Below are positions 44,857 to 55,544 of a stretch of DNA of 64,000 nt, piece by piece. The notes under the pieces are model-generated. The model was not told the DNA's origin, did not search any database, and saw nothing but the letters and a program-made list of their open reading frames with translations. Source of the DNA: a virus; the IMG/VR virus record IMGVR_UViG_3300045988_169015, positions 78,001-142,000 of that record. One strand, given 5' to 3'. Positions within the stretch are counted from its first letter, which is position 1, and each line of letters opens with the position of its first letter. The translations under genes and the position numbers were made by a program.

Positions 44857-46332
44857 ATGGCAGAACAAATAAACTATAACGAACAATGGAAGAATGCTAT
44901 GAAAGATTTGCGATTTTCTAAGTTGACCGACGTGCAACTTTTAAATTTAGCAAGTAATACTCATACTTCCGTTATTTATACCAAATATACAAAAGAAAAC
45001 ATTATCAAGTATCTTAAAAATCCCGAAACTAATGCCAAACAGCTGCGCAATGCTTCGATATACTTATATGAAGTTTCGTCACAGTATCGTAGAGTAGTCA
45101 ATTATTTTGCTCATATGTGTCCGCTTAATTATATAATGTATCCGTTTAAGTTTGACGCCACTAAGGAAATAAATGATAAGGCTTTTAAAGCCTCATATAA
45201 AAAGGCTACAGATTTCATGTCGATATTTAATCTGCGTCATGAAATGAGAAAAGCATTAACTATCGCTTGGAGAGAGGATATCTTTGCAGGATACATTTAT
45301 CAGACAAAAGACTCGTTTTACATAAGAAAGCTTCCTGCTGATTATGTTAAGATAGCCTCAATAGTCGATGGCTGTTATATTGTAGCTTTTGATTTCAGTT
45401 ATTTCCGTGGAAAAGAAGATGAACTTGAATCGTATGGACAGGAATTTATTGATAAATACGAAATTTATAAGAAAGATTCCTCTCAGCGCTGGCAGCTTCT
45501 CGATGAAAAGAAACAGTTTTGCTTAAAAATTTCTGAAGATGTTACTTACCCTCTTATCCCTCTTGCCGGTTGTTTAGTGGGCATTTATGACATTGAAGAT
45601 TATAAGGATCTTCAGAAGGGCGCCTCAATCCTGAGAAATTATAAGGCTCTTGGATTGAAGCTTCCTACTGATGAAACCGGAAATCTTCTTATTGACAAAA
45701 CGCTTGCAGATCAATTTTATGCTCAGCTGACAAACATTACGCCTGATAATATTGGCGTTTTTGAGACCCCTATGGATGTACAAGTATTTGATTTCGAGAA
45801 GTCCGGAGCAGAAGATCCGGATAAAACCTATGAAGCTATCCGAAATTTCTATAACGATGTTGGAGTTTCTTCATTGCTTTTTGGCAGTGATAAACAAACT
45901 GCAGCATCGTTGAATATTTCAATAACAGCAGATGAGTGTCTGACGTTCGCTGTCAATCGTCAGATCGAACGTAATGTAAACAGGTTACTTAAAAATCTTA
46001 GTGGCACACAGAAATTCCAGATAACCATTTTGGATATAAGTGAATACCACAGACAACAGTTTCATGATTTACTTCTTAAGGATGCTCAATACGGAGTGCC
46101 TGTTAAGTCTGCTATTGCAGCCTCAGTAGGCATCGATCAACCTGCAATGAATGCTATGCTATTTATGGAAAATGATTTCCTGAAAATGCACGAAAAAATG
46201 ATACCTCTAAGCTCTTCATATACTTTAGCTTCTGGGGATGAAGCAGGTCGCCCGACCGCCGAAGAAAATGGAGAAGAAATCTCCGACTCAAACGAAAACA
46301 CAAGAGAACATGACAGTAACGCATCGAGGTGA
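44857..46332 (+). CDS. portal protein
   Basis: 491 aa, immediately after terL; acidic C-terminus; call by position and size. Confidence 0.65.
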   Translation: MAEQINYNEQWKNAMKDLRFSKLTDVQLLNLASNTHTSVIYTKYTKENIIKYLKNPETNAKQLRNASIYLYEVSSQYRRVVNYFAHMCPLNYIMYPFKFDATKEINDKAFKASYKKATDFMSIFNLRHEMRKALTIAWREDIFAGYIYQTKDSFYIRKLPADYVKIASIVDGCYIVAFDFSYFRGKEDELESYGQEFIDKYEIYKKDSSQRWQLLDEKKQFCLKISEDVTYPLIPLAGCLVGIYDIEDYKDLQKGASILRNYKALGLKLPTDETGNLLIDKTLADQFYAQLTNITPDNIGVFETPMDVQVFDFEKSGAEDPDKTYEAIRNFYNDVGVSSLLFGSDKQTAASLNISITADECLTFAVNRQIERNVNRLLKNLSGTQKFQITILDISEYHRQQFHDLLLKDAQYGVPVKSAIAASVGIDQPAMNAMLFMENDFLKMHEKMIPLSSSYTLASGDEAGRPTAEENGEEISDSNENTREHDSNASR

Positions 46333-46336
46333 CAGT

Positions 46337-46519
46337 ATGAAATTTATTATTACACAAAGTGAGAGTGTTGCTGACGCTTTGATTAAATCTGGATATGAGC
46401 CGTTACCTAATATGGGTAGCGGTTTTTTCATATTTAAAAACGAGCCATCAATCAGGAAGTTTTGTAAAGAAAATCTCGAAAATGGTGCTTACGTTTTTAC
46501 AGACAAAATATTTCTTTGA
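46337..46519 (+). CDS. hypothetical protein (60 aa)
   Basis: ATG 46337 with GAGGTGA upstream (the track ORF starts inside the portal gene). Confidence 0.6.
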   Translation: MKFIITQSESVADALIKSGYEPLPNMGSGFFIFKNEPSIRKFCKENLENGAYVFTDKIFL

Positions 46520-47976
46520 GAAGGGCGGTGAAAAATTTGGCATTAAGCGAATTAAATAATGTTTCTCTCGCAGTAACATATGACCTTGATGAAAGTTTTG
46601 ACACTGACCGATTCATTAAGATGAGACTCAGAGTATGTCATGATGGAGTGAATCCTAATGGTTCAAATTTCAACGTTGATGATATGAACTCTGCGAAAGA
46701 TACACTGAAAAACATTCCTATTCTTGCAAACGTTGAATTTGACGAGAATGGCCAGCCCCAGTTTGGCTCTCATGATATGTCTATTGAAAAGGATAAGGTC
46801 AATGAGGGAGAATATCGTATGATTTACAAAGAAGTTCCCATTGGTGTTATTCCTGAGACGAACAATTATGAGGTAGCTGAATATGACGGCAAAAACTATG
46901 TATTTGTAGATGGATATGTATGGCGAGGATATTCAAATTACGCTGAGGATATTATCGAACGTGATAAAAATATCAAGCTTTCTATGGAAATAAGTGTTAA
47001 TGAATTTACTTTTAATGCTGCCAAGAAAATCTATAACATAACCGACTATAAATACACCGGTATTACTTTTCTTAACAATGAGCTTGGTACAGGCATGAAA
47101 AATGCAATGGGTACTACAGACACATTCGCAGAAAAGGACAATATCAATGAAAAAATGCTTATTATCATGCAAGAGCTGAATGAAACTCTTGTCGCTTTTA
47201 ATAAGAAAAATACTGAAGAAGGAGGTAAAAAACAAATGGATGAGAATATTGTAACAAACGCTACACCCGAAGAGCAGCCTGCTGCTCCTGCGGAAAATTT
47301 TGAAGGAGAGCCTGCTGCACCCGAAATTCCTGCTTCAGTTGAAAGCGGAGCTCCCGCAAATGATAAATTTGTAAAGACTTTTGAGCTCTCTCATGACGAC
47401 GTTCGTTGTGCTCTCTATGCTCTTCTTGAACCTATCGAGACGGAGAATAATGATTGGTACTATATAGACGCCGTATATGATACATACTTCGATTATGCTT
47501 CTTGGTCTGGCAACTCTCTGTACAGACAGAAGTACACAAAGAATGGCGAAAACATTACTTTTGAGGGCGATCCCTATGAAGTATTCGTTGAAAAACTGAC
47601 TTCCGATGAGAAGGCGGCTCTTGACACAATGAGAGCAAATTATGAGTCTATGCAGACAGAGATGATTTCACTCAGAGATTACAAGGCAAAGATTGAAGCT
47701 GAGTTTGCTCTTGCAGAAAAACAGGAGATCATTGACAAGTGGTCTGAGAATCTGAAAGATTCTGCTGAGTTTGCAGCCCTTAAGGATAAGCTTAATGAGT
47801 ATTCCAAGGAAGACCTTGAAAGGGAATGTAAGTGTATTTTTGCTGATGCGAAAGCAAGCTTTACATTTTCAGCAAAACCTAAAGATGATGGAGTAGTTAG
47901 AATACCTATCGTAGAAAAAGATTCCGTACCTTCCAGTCCCTATGGCGACTTGTTTGATTTGTACGGCACAAAGTAA
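46516..47976 (+). CDS. putative scaffolding / prohead-processing protein
   Basis: Between portal and capsid; Pro/Ala/Glu linker EEQPAAPAENFEGEPAAPEIPA and C-terminal coiled coil; non-ATG start. Confidence 0.5.
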   Translation: MRRAVKNLALSELNNVSLAVTYDLDESFDTDRFIKMRLRVCHDGVNPNGSNFNVDDMNSAKDTLKNIPILANVEFDENGQPQFGSHDMSIEKDKVNEGEYRMIYKEVPIGVIPETNNYEVAEYDGKNYVFVDGYVWRGYSNYAEDIIERDKNIKLSMEISVNEFTFNAAKKIYNITDYKYTGITFLNNELGTGMKNAMGTTDTFAEKDNINEKMLIIMQELNETLVAFNKKNTEEGGKKQMDENIVTNATPEEQPAAPAENFEGEPAAPEIPASVESGAPANDKFVKTFELSHDDVRCALYALLEPIETENNDWYYIDAVYDTYFDYASWSGNSLYRQKYTKNGENITFEGDPYEVFVEKLTSDEKAALDTMRANYESMQTEMISLRDYKAKIEAEFALAEKQEIIDKWSENLKDSAEFAALKDKLNEYSKEDLERECKCIFADAKASFTFSAKPKDDGVVRIPIVEKDSVPSSPYGDLFDLYGTK

Positions 47977-47996
47977 TATTAGAAAGGATGAATAAT

Positions 47997-48494
47997 ATGG
48001 CATATACAGTTGTAAATCTCGATCGTATGAGCGGTACAGAAGATAGCACTCTTCTTGTATCTCTCAAGTATTTTGTTTCCGAGAACCCTGCCGAGATTGA
48101 AAACGGCGGAATTGTTGAGATTGGCGATTTTATCGACAATGAGAGAGAAGTCAGAAAGGCAACAGCGCCTACAGCTTCTACTCCCATTACCAAGCTTGTA
48201 CTCGTTGCGAATCCCGAAATAATTTATGATGAGACCAGACATCATGGTCTTGAAGAGTATGTTAACGAGGCTGGCAAGGTTATACGTGGCTATCGTTTCC
48301 ACAGCGGAGATGGTTTTTCAATGACCGCTGAAGGCTTCTCCGGCACACCCGCTAAGGGTAAGTATATTAAGGTTGGTACTACCACAAAGCCTGTAATCGC
48401 AAACGACGCAAGCACTGGTACTATTATCGGTAAGATTACAGATGTGTACACCCTTGGTGCACATACTTTCTATTACGTTGATCTTGCACTTTAA
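47997..48494 (+). CDS. head-associated hypothetical protein (165 aa)
   Basis: ATG 47997 with GAAAGGA 9 nt upstream; directly precedes the capsid gene. Confidence 0.6.
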   Translation: MAYTVVNLDRMSGTEDSTLLVSLKYFVSENPAEIENGGIVEIGDFIDNEREVRKATAPTASTPITKLVLVANPEIIYDETRHHGLEEYVNEAGKVIRGYRFHSGDGFSMTAEGFSGTPAKGKYIKVGTTTKPVIANDASTGTIIGKITDVYTLGAHTFYYVDLAL

Positions 48495-48514
48495 TTTGAG
48501 AGGAGTGATTTTTA

Positions 48515-49516
48515 ATGGCTACAGTAAATGATATTGTAAAGCTTGCAGTTGATACATATAACGGCACCCCTGCCGGTCAGTATTCCCTTGATGAATCTCA
48601 CGAGGTTGTTTATAACGCTATCGTTGCTGCAAATAATGGTAAGAAATATCTTGATAGAAAAGATATCCGTGACGGCAAGTGCGGCGAGCTCTTTGCTATC
48701 ATCGAAGAGACTATTGTTAAGACAGTAATTGATGGTCTTCAGGGTAATGAGTTCTTCATGAATATGGTTGAATACAAGAACCTTGCTCTTGGCGATACTA
48801 ATGAGTTTTATATTCCTAATGACTCCCTTTTCTATGTTGACGAGGTAGCTCGTGGTACTCAGGGTCTCAGACGTCAGAGACTTGGCGGCGGTAATCGTAT
48901 TTCTGTCAATATGAAGACTTACGGCGTAAAGGTTTACGAGGAACTTGACAGAATGCTGTCTGGAAGAGCTGATCTCAACAATATAATTGATAGAGTCGGC
49001 AGATCTATTGTTAAGAAGCAGTACGATGATATTTTTACTGCATGGACAGGTCTTGTTAACAATTCCGGTTCTACTTACATTCCTGCATCTGGTTCTTATT
49101 CTGAAGCAGTTCTTCTTGAGCTTTGCGAGCACGTTGAAGTAAACAATGGACAGACACCCATAATTATGGGTACTCGTGCAGCTCTCAGAAAGGTTACTAC
49201 TGCTACTGTTTCTGAGACCGCTAAGGAAGATATGTATAACATGGGCTACTATGGCAACTTCAATGGTATTCCTATGGTAAGAATCAACCAGATCCATAAG
49301 ACAAATACTGATTCTTTCCTGCTTCCTGACAATCAGCTTTATATCATAGGTATTAACACTAAGCCTATTAAGTATGTAAATGAAGGCGAGGCACTTATTG
49401 TTCCTCCTACTTACGGTATGAATGCTGATTTCTCCGAGGACTATCTGTTCGTAAACAATGCAGGCATTCAGGTTATTATTCCTGATAAGAAGTTTGCTGT
49501 TTACACAATGTCTTAA
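48515..49516 (+). CDS. major capsid protein (putative)
   Basis: 333 aa; strong SD GAGGAG; canonical position after the scaffold-like genes. Confidence 0.6.
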   Translation: MATVNDIVKLAVDTYNGTPAGQYSLDESHEVVYNAIVAANNGKKYLDRKDIRDGKCGELFAIIEETIVKTVIDGLQGNEFFMNMVEYKNLALGDTNEFYIPNDSLFYVDEVARGTQGLRRQRLGGGNRISVNMKTYGVKVYEELDRMLSGRADLNNIIDRVGRSIVKKQYDDIFTAWTGLVNNSGSTYIPASGSYSEAVLLELCEHVEVNNGQTPIIMGTRAALRKVTTATVSETAKEDMYNMGYYGNFNGIPMVRINQIHKTNTDSFLLPDNQLYIIGINTKPIKYVNEGEALIVPPTYGMNADFSEDYLFVNNAGIQVIIPDKKFAVYTMS

Positions 49517-49547
49517 TTACTATTGAGAATTTAAAGGAGAAGAATAT

Positions 49548-50093
49548 ATGGCGTATTCAAAAGCTAAAACTGCCGATATTGAGAAAACACAGGATTCGGG
49601 TACTGCTGAAACAGTGCCCGAAACTGTTTCTGCCACTTATGTTCCTCGCAGAAAGATTCCCCTTGACGCTCAGGTTATGGTTAAAAATCTAACCGGAGGC
49701 AAGCTTATTTATGTAAGTAAAAGACTTGTGGGTTATTCTGAGGAATGGCATGAGTTTGGTGAGGAAATTCCAATGGAAATGGCAGAACTATATTCTATGA
49801 AGAATACTGATAGACGTTTCTTTACTGAAAATTGGATTGAAGTTGACATGGCTGTTCTGCGTGATTTGCAGATGGATCGTTTCTATGAAAATGCTATTAC
49901 TGCGGACGAGATTGAAAACCTTTTCAATATGGATCAAGAAGAACTTATAACCAAGATTAAAACAATGAGTTCTGTTATTAAGAATTGCGTTGGCATTAAA
50001 GCTATGGAGATGATTAAAGATGGTCGTCTTTCCAACATCAATACTATTGCAGCTTTGGAAAAAGCTTTAAAGTGTGAGCTTTATGAAAGATAA
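49548..50093 (+). CDS. hypothetical head-module protein
   Basis: ORF track; SD AAAGGAG. Confidence 0.7.
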   Translation: MAYSKAKTADIEKTQDSGTAETVPETVSATYVPRRKIPLDAQVMVKNLTGGKLIYVSKRLVGYSEEWHEFGEEIPMEMAELYSMKNTDRRFFTENWIEVDMAVLRDLQMDRFYENAITADEIENLFNMDQEELITKIKTMSSVIKNCVGIKAMEMIKDGRLSNINTIAALEKALKCELYER

Positions 50094-50104
50094 GGAGGTG
50101 GGCT

Positions 50105-50548
50105 ATGGCTACCCCTTATTCAAAAATTTATGAGGCGTTTGTTTTCAAGGTAAAGGCCTATGACCTTTTAATGCTACTCGAAGAAGACAGAGAAGACATA
50201 TTGTATTTGTATATGACATCCGTATGTCGTAAAGTGGCAAAAACCGTAAAGACATATGCCAATCTCACTGACAGAGACGATGAAGTTAAAGAATTTCAGA
50301 CAGAACTGGACGATGACATGATAGATATTATTGCTGAATGTATGATTACTGAATGGCTAAAACCTCAAATGTATTCGGATGAATTGCTTGAAAGTCGTTT
50401 GAACACTAAGGATTTTACCGAATACTCCCCTGCTAAGCTTATTGAACAAATGCGATATGTATATGAAATGAGTAAAAAAGAGTCGAGAGTTGCTATCAAT
50501 AATTATACTTTTTCTCATGGCGATATTGCGGAGTTGAATAAATCATGA
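50105..50548 (+). CDS. putative head-tail connector protein
   Basis: Position only; overlapping start and stop with neighbours. Confidence 0.45.
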   Translation: MATPYSKIYEAFVFKVKAYDLLMLLEEDREDILYLYMTSVCRKVAKTVKTYANLTDRDDEVKEFQTELDDDMIDIIAECMITEWLKPQMYSDELLESRLNTKDFTEYSPAKLIEQMRYVYEMSKKESRVAINNYTFSHGDIAELNKS

Positions 50549-50871
50549 TAACTACAAAATATAATTCAATTCCTGATGAACTATGCGAGAACTATTTTAA
50601 TATTCTTATCAATCGTCTGTATAAAATTCTCCCTTTGAAAGAAGAATATTCCCCCACTGTATCAGTCTATATTGAGAGCTTGCTTTCAGAAATGACTGGT
50701 GGACAAGATGTAATTCTATTTATTCGTAATGACGGACAATATCTTAGTATCATCAATTCATTGGAATACATAAAAGACTGTGAAGATATCTCAATTTGCA
50801 AGCGAGAAATTTTTAGATGTATTCGAATCGTGGGAACATTGAAGAGAAAGTATTTTGAGGTGAAAGAATGA
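50545..50871 (+). CDS. hypothetical head-tail joining protein
   Basis: Position only; ATGA overlap. Confidence 0.5.
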   Translation: MITTKYNSIPDELCENYFNILINRLYKILPLKEEYSPTVSVYIESLLSEMTGGQDVILFIRNDGQYLSIINSLEYIKDCEDISICKREIFRCIRIVGTLKRKYFEVKE

Positions 50872-51902
50872 ATTGGTCATTGTATAATCAAAATCTCACT
50901 GTAAAAGGTGATACTCGCAGAGACCGAGCAATTTTTGAAACTCAACGTTCAATGAATAAAAGAATCCCAAGGTCTCCTGGGTACAAGAATGTTATTATCG
51001 ATGGAGAACAGCAGAATGTTGTTATTACTTCTTCTACTGAAAAGTATCACAAAAAAATAAATGCTATGCCCGGAGAGCATATTTATGCCGGAAGCATTGT
51101 CGAATGGAATAACTCTCATTTTCTCATTACTGACACAGATGTCGAAGATGAGATATATCAAAGCGGCGAAATGTATAGATGTAATATCTATTTAAAATGG
51201 CAGAATGAAAAAGGAGAGATAATCGGGCGATATGGATATTCAGAAGATATCAGTCAGTTTGCATCTGGTACAGTTGAATCTAAGGTTATGATGTCTATCG
51301 AACAGGTGTTTGTTGTAAAATTTCCCTGCGATGAAGAAACGATTAAATTAAGAAGAGATAAACGCTTTTTAATTGATATTATCAATGATAAGCCCAATGC
51401 TTATATTTTGACTGGCAGAAATGTTCTTAGTGGTAACTGGACTGCAGGTGATATTTCAGGAAAGGAATTTAATGGGAAGGACAAGGTTTTGACGCTGACA
51501 TTCTCTCAGACACAACTGAGTGATGATGACAACTTAGATCTTATGATTGCAGATTATTTTGACCCCAACAAATTAGGGGAGCAAACTGTAAAACAGGGTT
51601 CCTGCATTATCTCTTATACAGGAGAGCCAATCATAAAAGTTGGTGGAAGCTATAAAACTTTTTCTGTAAAATTCTTTGACTCAAAAGGTAATGAAATCGT
51701 CACTGAACCGCAATGGAAATTGACCACTGTGAAGCCTGAATATGACGGTAACTTCAAAACAATAGTTACGGACAATAAAATAAAAATAAAAGCTGATAAC
51801 GTTCTCGTTATGATAGGCGATCAAGTTCTTCTGGAAGTCTCCGACAAAACAGGAATGATATCGGCTCAACTTTTTATAAAGGTGGTGAGCCTGTATGGCT
51901 AA
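50868..51902 (+). CDS. hypothetical structural protein (344 aa)
   Basis: ORF track; overlaps both neighbours. Confidence 0.65.
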   Translation: MNWSLYNQNLTVKGDTRRDRAIFETQRSMNKRIPRSPGYKNVIIDGEQQNVVITSSTEKYHKKINAMPGEHIYAGSIVEWNNSHFLITDTDVEDEIYQSGEMYRCNIYLKWQNEKGEIIGRYGYSEDISQFASGTVESKVMMSIEQVFVVKFPCDEETIKLRRDKRFLIDIINDKPNAYILTGRNVLSGNWTAGDISGKEFNGKDKVLTLTFSQTQLSDDDNLDLMIADYFDPNKLGEQTVKQGSCIISYTGEPIIKVGGSYKTFSVKFFDSKGNEIVTEPQWKLTTVKPEYDGNFKTIVTDNKIKIKADNVLVMIGDQVLLEVSDKTGMISAQLFIKVVSLYG

Positions 51903-52377
51903 TTCATTTGAAATAATCAAATATAAACAGCAAATAGGCTCAATGCTGATTAACTGTCCCGAAATTGTTGAACTTATCAATAATGATGAAATCGAAGAAC
52001 CTGAAGACTTGATAGGAAAAAATATTTTCAACTTTATCAGATATCCGAACGCTCCGGAAGAAGAGATAACATTTATTGCATTTGAAGTCGATGTTCCGGA
52101 AGTTTATAGCGACAGAAACTACCTATTCAAACAGTTAACTATTACATTTTATATAGTATCACATGAAAGGCTTATGCCGACAGATGATGTGTCGGGTGGC
52201 GTAAGAAACGATCTTATTGCCGCTTACATAGATAAGCTTTTCAATGGATATGAAGGTATAGGCAAAAAAGAACTGAGACTTATCAGTAATACTGCTCAAG
52301 CCATAAGTGTAAAACATCGCTGCAGAATAATGAAATTTGTTGCTGATGACTTAAATAACAGCAGGTGTAAAATATGA
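51895..52377 (+). CDS. hypothetical structural protein (160 aa)
   Basis: ORF track. Confidence 0.65.
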   Translation: MANSFEIIKYKQQIGSMLINCPEIVELINNDEIEEPEDLIGKNIFNFIRYPNAPEEEITFIAFEVDVPEVYSDRNYLFKQLTITFYIVSHERLMPTDDVSGGVRNDLIAAYIDKLFNGYEGIGKKELRLISNTAQAISVKHRCRIMKFVADDLNNSRCKI

Positions 52378-53129
52378 GTGATATAAGTCTGTTAAACAAA
52401 ACTAAGTTTAAAGTTAACGATAATATTACAGTACATATTCCTACGCTGGGGGAAATCAAAGGTGACTCACCTAAGCTTTACGGAACAGATGAAGATGAAG
52501 CAAATTTTTATTCTTTAGTTAGCTTATTTACTTCGACCTCTTCAGATATCATGCTTGAATTGGATGAGGCAGGAATGGATTTTACAAAAATAACTGATTT
52601 TCAAACTTTTTTGATACTTTTTGGCGGAATGCCTAAAAAGGTTTTAGATGAAAAATCTTCTTTAATGTTTGAAAATATAAATCTTGCTAATTTCAAAGTT
52701 AGTTTGAGTACAATAAATGATTTACCTATACTGTACGATGAGGAGCATGATATCACGATTGACGAGTTGATGTATATGCAACTTTCAACGATTTTTTGTA
52801 CCGTGTATTCGATTGAAAAGAGACATCGCAAGCCTGGAGACACAACTGCTAAAGAATATATCATAGAACGTCAAAAGGTAAAGGCTAAAAGACGAAAGAA
52901 GCAAAAATATCATTCTCGACTGGACAAGCAGGTAATTGCGTTGGTTAACAATTCCAACTTTAAATACGATTTTGATACAGTAGAGAATCTTACGATATAT
53001 AACTTCATGTGTAGCTTAAAACAAATCGTTAAAAAATATCAAGTCGATAATTTAAACTCCGGAATATATGCCGGAACTGTTAATGCTAAGGGCTTAGGAG
53101 ATAAACTTAATTGGCTTGATTATGAGTAA
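52374..53129 (+). CDS. hypothetical structural protein (251 aa)
   Basis: ORF track. Confidence 0.65.
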   Translation: MSDISLLNKTKFKVNDNITVHIPTLGEIKGDSPKLYGTDEDEANFYSLVSLFTSTSSDIMLELDEAGMDFTKITDFQTFLILFGGMPKKVLDEKSSLMFENINLANFKVSLSTINDLPILYDEEHDITIDELMYMQLSTIFCTVYSIEKRHRKPGDTTAKEYIIERQKVKAKRRKKQKYHSRLDKQVIALVNNSNFKYDFDTVENLTIYNFMCSLKQIVKKYQVDNLNSGIYAGTVNAKGLGDKLNWLDYE

Positions 53130-53159
53130 AAGACGGCAAACGACCGTCTTATTTTTTTT
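53129..53159 (+). terminator. intrinsic terminator
   Basis: AAGACGG-caaacga-CCGTCTT followed by ATTTTTTTT. Confidence 0.75.
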
Positions 53160-53175
53160 ATAAGGAGGAAAAAAC

Positions 53176-53982
53176 ATGGCTGTTACAATCAATGGATTTA
53201 CTATTACTTCCCTTGAAACCATTCATGCTTACAACAGAACTACTGGTGTTTGCGAGCTTTATCTTGATGAGCTTCAGGAAGCAACTATTGAAAACTCAGA
53301 GGATACTCAGGATATTACAGGTAAGGGTGACAGACTGCTTAAGCAGATCAAGAAGAATAAGGCAACTACTGTAACCGGTACTTCTGCACTTATCTGTGGC
53401 GATCTTATGGCTGCACAGACTGGCTCTGAGGTTGAAACTCCCGAGGGCGGTGTAAAGGTAAGAAAGCCTGATATTCTTGATGTAGCTAAGGGAGCTAAGA
53501 ACGTAAAGACTACATTCAAGGCTGTTGGCGAGACTGGCGCAGAGATTTCTTCTCTCTGTATCCTTACTTCTAACGGTGCTCTTGGTAAGAAATTCACACA
53601 GGGTGCGGCTGTTTCTGCTGACGAATTTACATATGATCCTACTACTCAGGTAATCACTTTGCCTACAGATATTGCAAAGTCTGGCGACCTTAAGATCGTA
53701 GCATTTTACGATTATCTTGCAGATGGCTCTAAGGTTGTAAATAAGTCTGATATTTTCGGCAAGACTCTTAGAGTTTATGTTGACTGCATTGGTACCGATG
53801 TTTGCGATAATGAGTACAAGTGTCAGTTCGTAATTCCCAGAGGTCAGTTCTCCGGCGAATTCTCCATTTCTATGGGCGGAGATCAGACTGTTGAAGAATT
53901 TACTATCAACACACTTGTTGATACATGTCAGACTTCCGCAGCTGAGCTCTTTGAGTTCATTGTATATCAGGACGCAGTTTGA
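53176..53982 (+). CDS. major tail protein (putative)
   Basis: 268 aa; strong SD; bracketed by two intrinsic terminators, as expected for a highly expressed structural gene; upstream of the tape measure. Confidence 0.5.
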   Translation: MAVTINGFTITSLETIHAYNRTTGVCELYLDELQEATIENSEDTQDITGKGDRLLKQIKKNKATTVTGTSALICGDLMAAQTGSEVETPEGGVKVRKPDILDVAKGAKNVKTTFKAVGETGAEISSLCILTSNGALGKKFTQGAAVSADEFTYDPTTQVITLPTDIAKSGDLKIVAFYDYLADGSKVVNKSDIFGKTLRVYVDCIGTDVCDNEYKCQFVIPRGQFSGEFSISMGGDQTVEEFTINTLVDTCQTSAAELFEFIVYQDAV

Positions 53983-54003
53983 TTTTAAATCTATAATCAA
54001 AGG

Positions 54004-54028
54004 AGAGGGCTTTAAGCCCTCTTTCTTT
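54004..54028 (+). terminator. intrinsic terminator
   Basis: AGAGGGC-tttaa-GCCCTCT followed by TTCTTT. Confidence 0.7.
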
Positions 54029-54084
54029 GTACTTGTGCTTAGTGGCTCTGAGCCCGAGTACAAGGAAATTATTGAGGTGATTAT

Positions 54085-54492
54085 ATGAGTGAGATAAGAA
54101 AACCTAATACCATATGCCGCAATCCTAACTGTACTCATGGAGAAGATGGTGGCAGAAAGCATTTTTATGCTTGTTTGGCTTGTTTACGAACTGAAAGCTG
54201 GAGAGCGTACTGTTGTTCAAGAGAATGTTATGAAGAGTATGTTCAGCTCGTTCTTTTTAATCGTAGTAAGTCTCGTGAAGAGAAGTTCCCCGAAAGAACA
54301 GATATGACTATCCCTGAAATAGAAACCGTTTGGAATAAGCCAATAAAAGAGGTTGAAAATTATACCAAAGAAGTTGAGCTGAAAGATTATTTTGAAGAAA
54401 ATCCTGATATGCCTCTTGGTGATATCATTGATAAAGTTAATGAGGATATTGATTCCGCTCGCAATAAATCAAATAAGAAATATAAGCATTAA
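54085..54492 (+). CDS. Cys-rich hypothetical protein (135 aa)
   Basis: CRNPNCTH...CLACL...CCSRECYEEY. Confidence 0.7.
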   Translation: MSEIRKPNTICRNPNCTHGEDGGRKHFYACLACLRTESWRAYCCSRECYEEYVQLVLFNRSKSREEKFPERTDMTIPEIETVWNKPIKEVENYTKEVELKDYFEENPDMPLGDIIDKVNEDIDSARNKSNKKYKH

Positions 54493-54549
54493 CATAAATT
54501 AGGAGGTAAATGTCAAAGTTTATCTCCTATTTTTTTCAGAGGTGAACTA

Positions 54550-55116
54550 ATGAAAAAGTTAAAACTGATTTCGCCGATACCTCCTTCGGTCAATCATTAT
54601 CTCGGATATAGAGCAATTATGAAAAGCGGCAGACCAATGGCTGCAAGCTATGTTACGGCGGATGCTAAAAAATACAAGACGAATTTTACTTTGTATGTAA
54701 AAGATCAAGCTCGGAAACAAGGATATAAAATGTCCGAAAACCCATATCAACATTATTATGTGGACTGTGTGTTTTATTTCGACAGAACAGATCGGGATAG
54801 CAACAATTACATGAAGGTAATGCTTGATGCCATCACTGAAAGTGGCTGTGTCTGGATTGACGACAACGTTGTATGCGAACGAGTACAGGCGGTTTATTAT
54901 GATAAAACCAATCCAAGAATTGAGCTTGAAATATATCCGGTGGACTATATAGGTATTTTTGATAATGCCTCAGCGTTAAAGAATTTTGAAAACCGTTGCG
55001 TCGGGTGTATAAGATATACACGAAATTGTAGTCTGCTGCAGAAAGCAAAAGAAGGCAGAACTCAAGATGAAATTCATGATGGATTGTGTTTGTGCTATAG
55101 AAAGAAAGGAAAATAA
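54550..55116 (+). CDS. rusA: RusA-family Holliday junction resolvase
   Basis: PPSVNHY...; DRDSNNYMKVMLDAITESGCVWIDDNVV matches the RusA catalytic region pattern. Confidence 0.75.
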   Translation: MKKLKLISPIPPSVNHYLGYRAIMKSGRPMAASYVTADAKKYKTNFTLYVKDQARKQGYKMSENPYQHYYVDCVFYFDRTDRDSNNYMKVMLDAITESGCVWIDDNVVCERVQAVYYDKTNPRIELEIYPVDYIGIFDNASALKNFENRCVGCIRYTRNCSLLQKAKEGRTQDEIHDGLCLCYRKKGK

Positions 55117-55118
55117 TT

Positions 55119-55544
55119 ATGATAAAAGAAAGAATAACATTCGCAGAAATGAAAATTTGCATAGATGAAGTAACAGATCTGTGCTTTCCCAATGGAGAAT
55201 ACTTGCCATATATGAAGGATTTTGCTATTTGGTATGTTTTGATGGAGCATTTTACTAATTGGGTAAAGCCCGAAATGAGTCTTGATCAGAAGTATTCTAA
55301 AACCCTTGATTTTACTTTAAGAGAAGAACTCTTTCAGAATATTCAGGTAACTTCCATATACGAAACAATGGAAAATACTATCGAAACAAAACGTCAAAAA
55401 GAAGTACAAGCCGAAGCGCATAACATTAAGTTAAATAAGCTTATTGAAGAAATTTTTGAAAAGCTTGATAATCCTGAAACTGTAGAATTACTTTCAAAAT
55501 GGGGCGAAGAAATAGGAGTAAAAGAAAATGAGCAAACAAATTGA
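55119..55544 (+). CDS. hypothetical protein (141 aa)
   Basis: ORF track. Confidence 0.7.
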   Translation: MIKERITFAEMKICIDEVTDLCFPNGEYLPYMKDFAIWYVLMEHFTNWVKPEMSLDQKYSKTLDFTLREELFQNIQVTSIYETMENTIETKRQKEVQAEAHNIKLNKLIEEIFEKLDNPETVELLSKWGEEIGVKENEQTN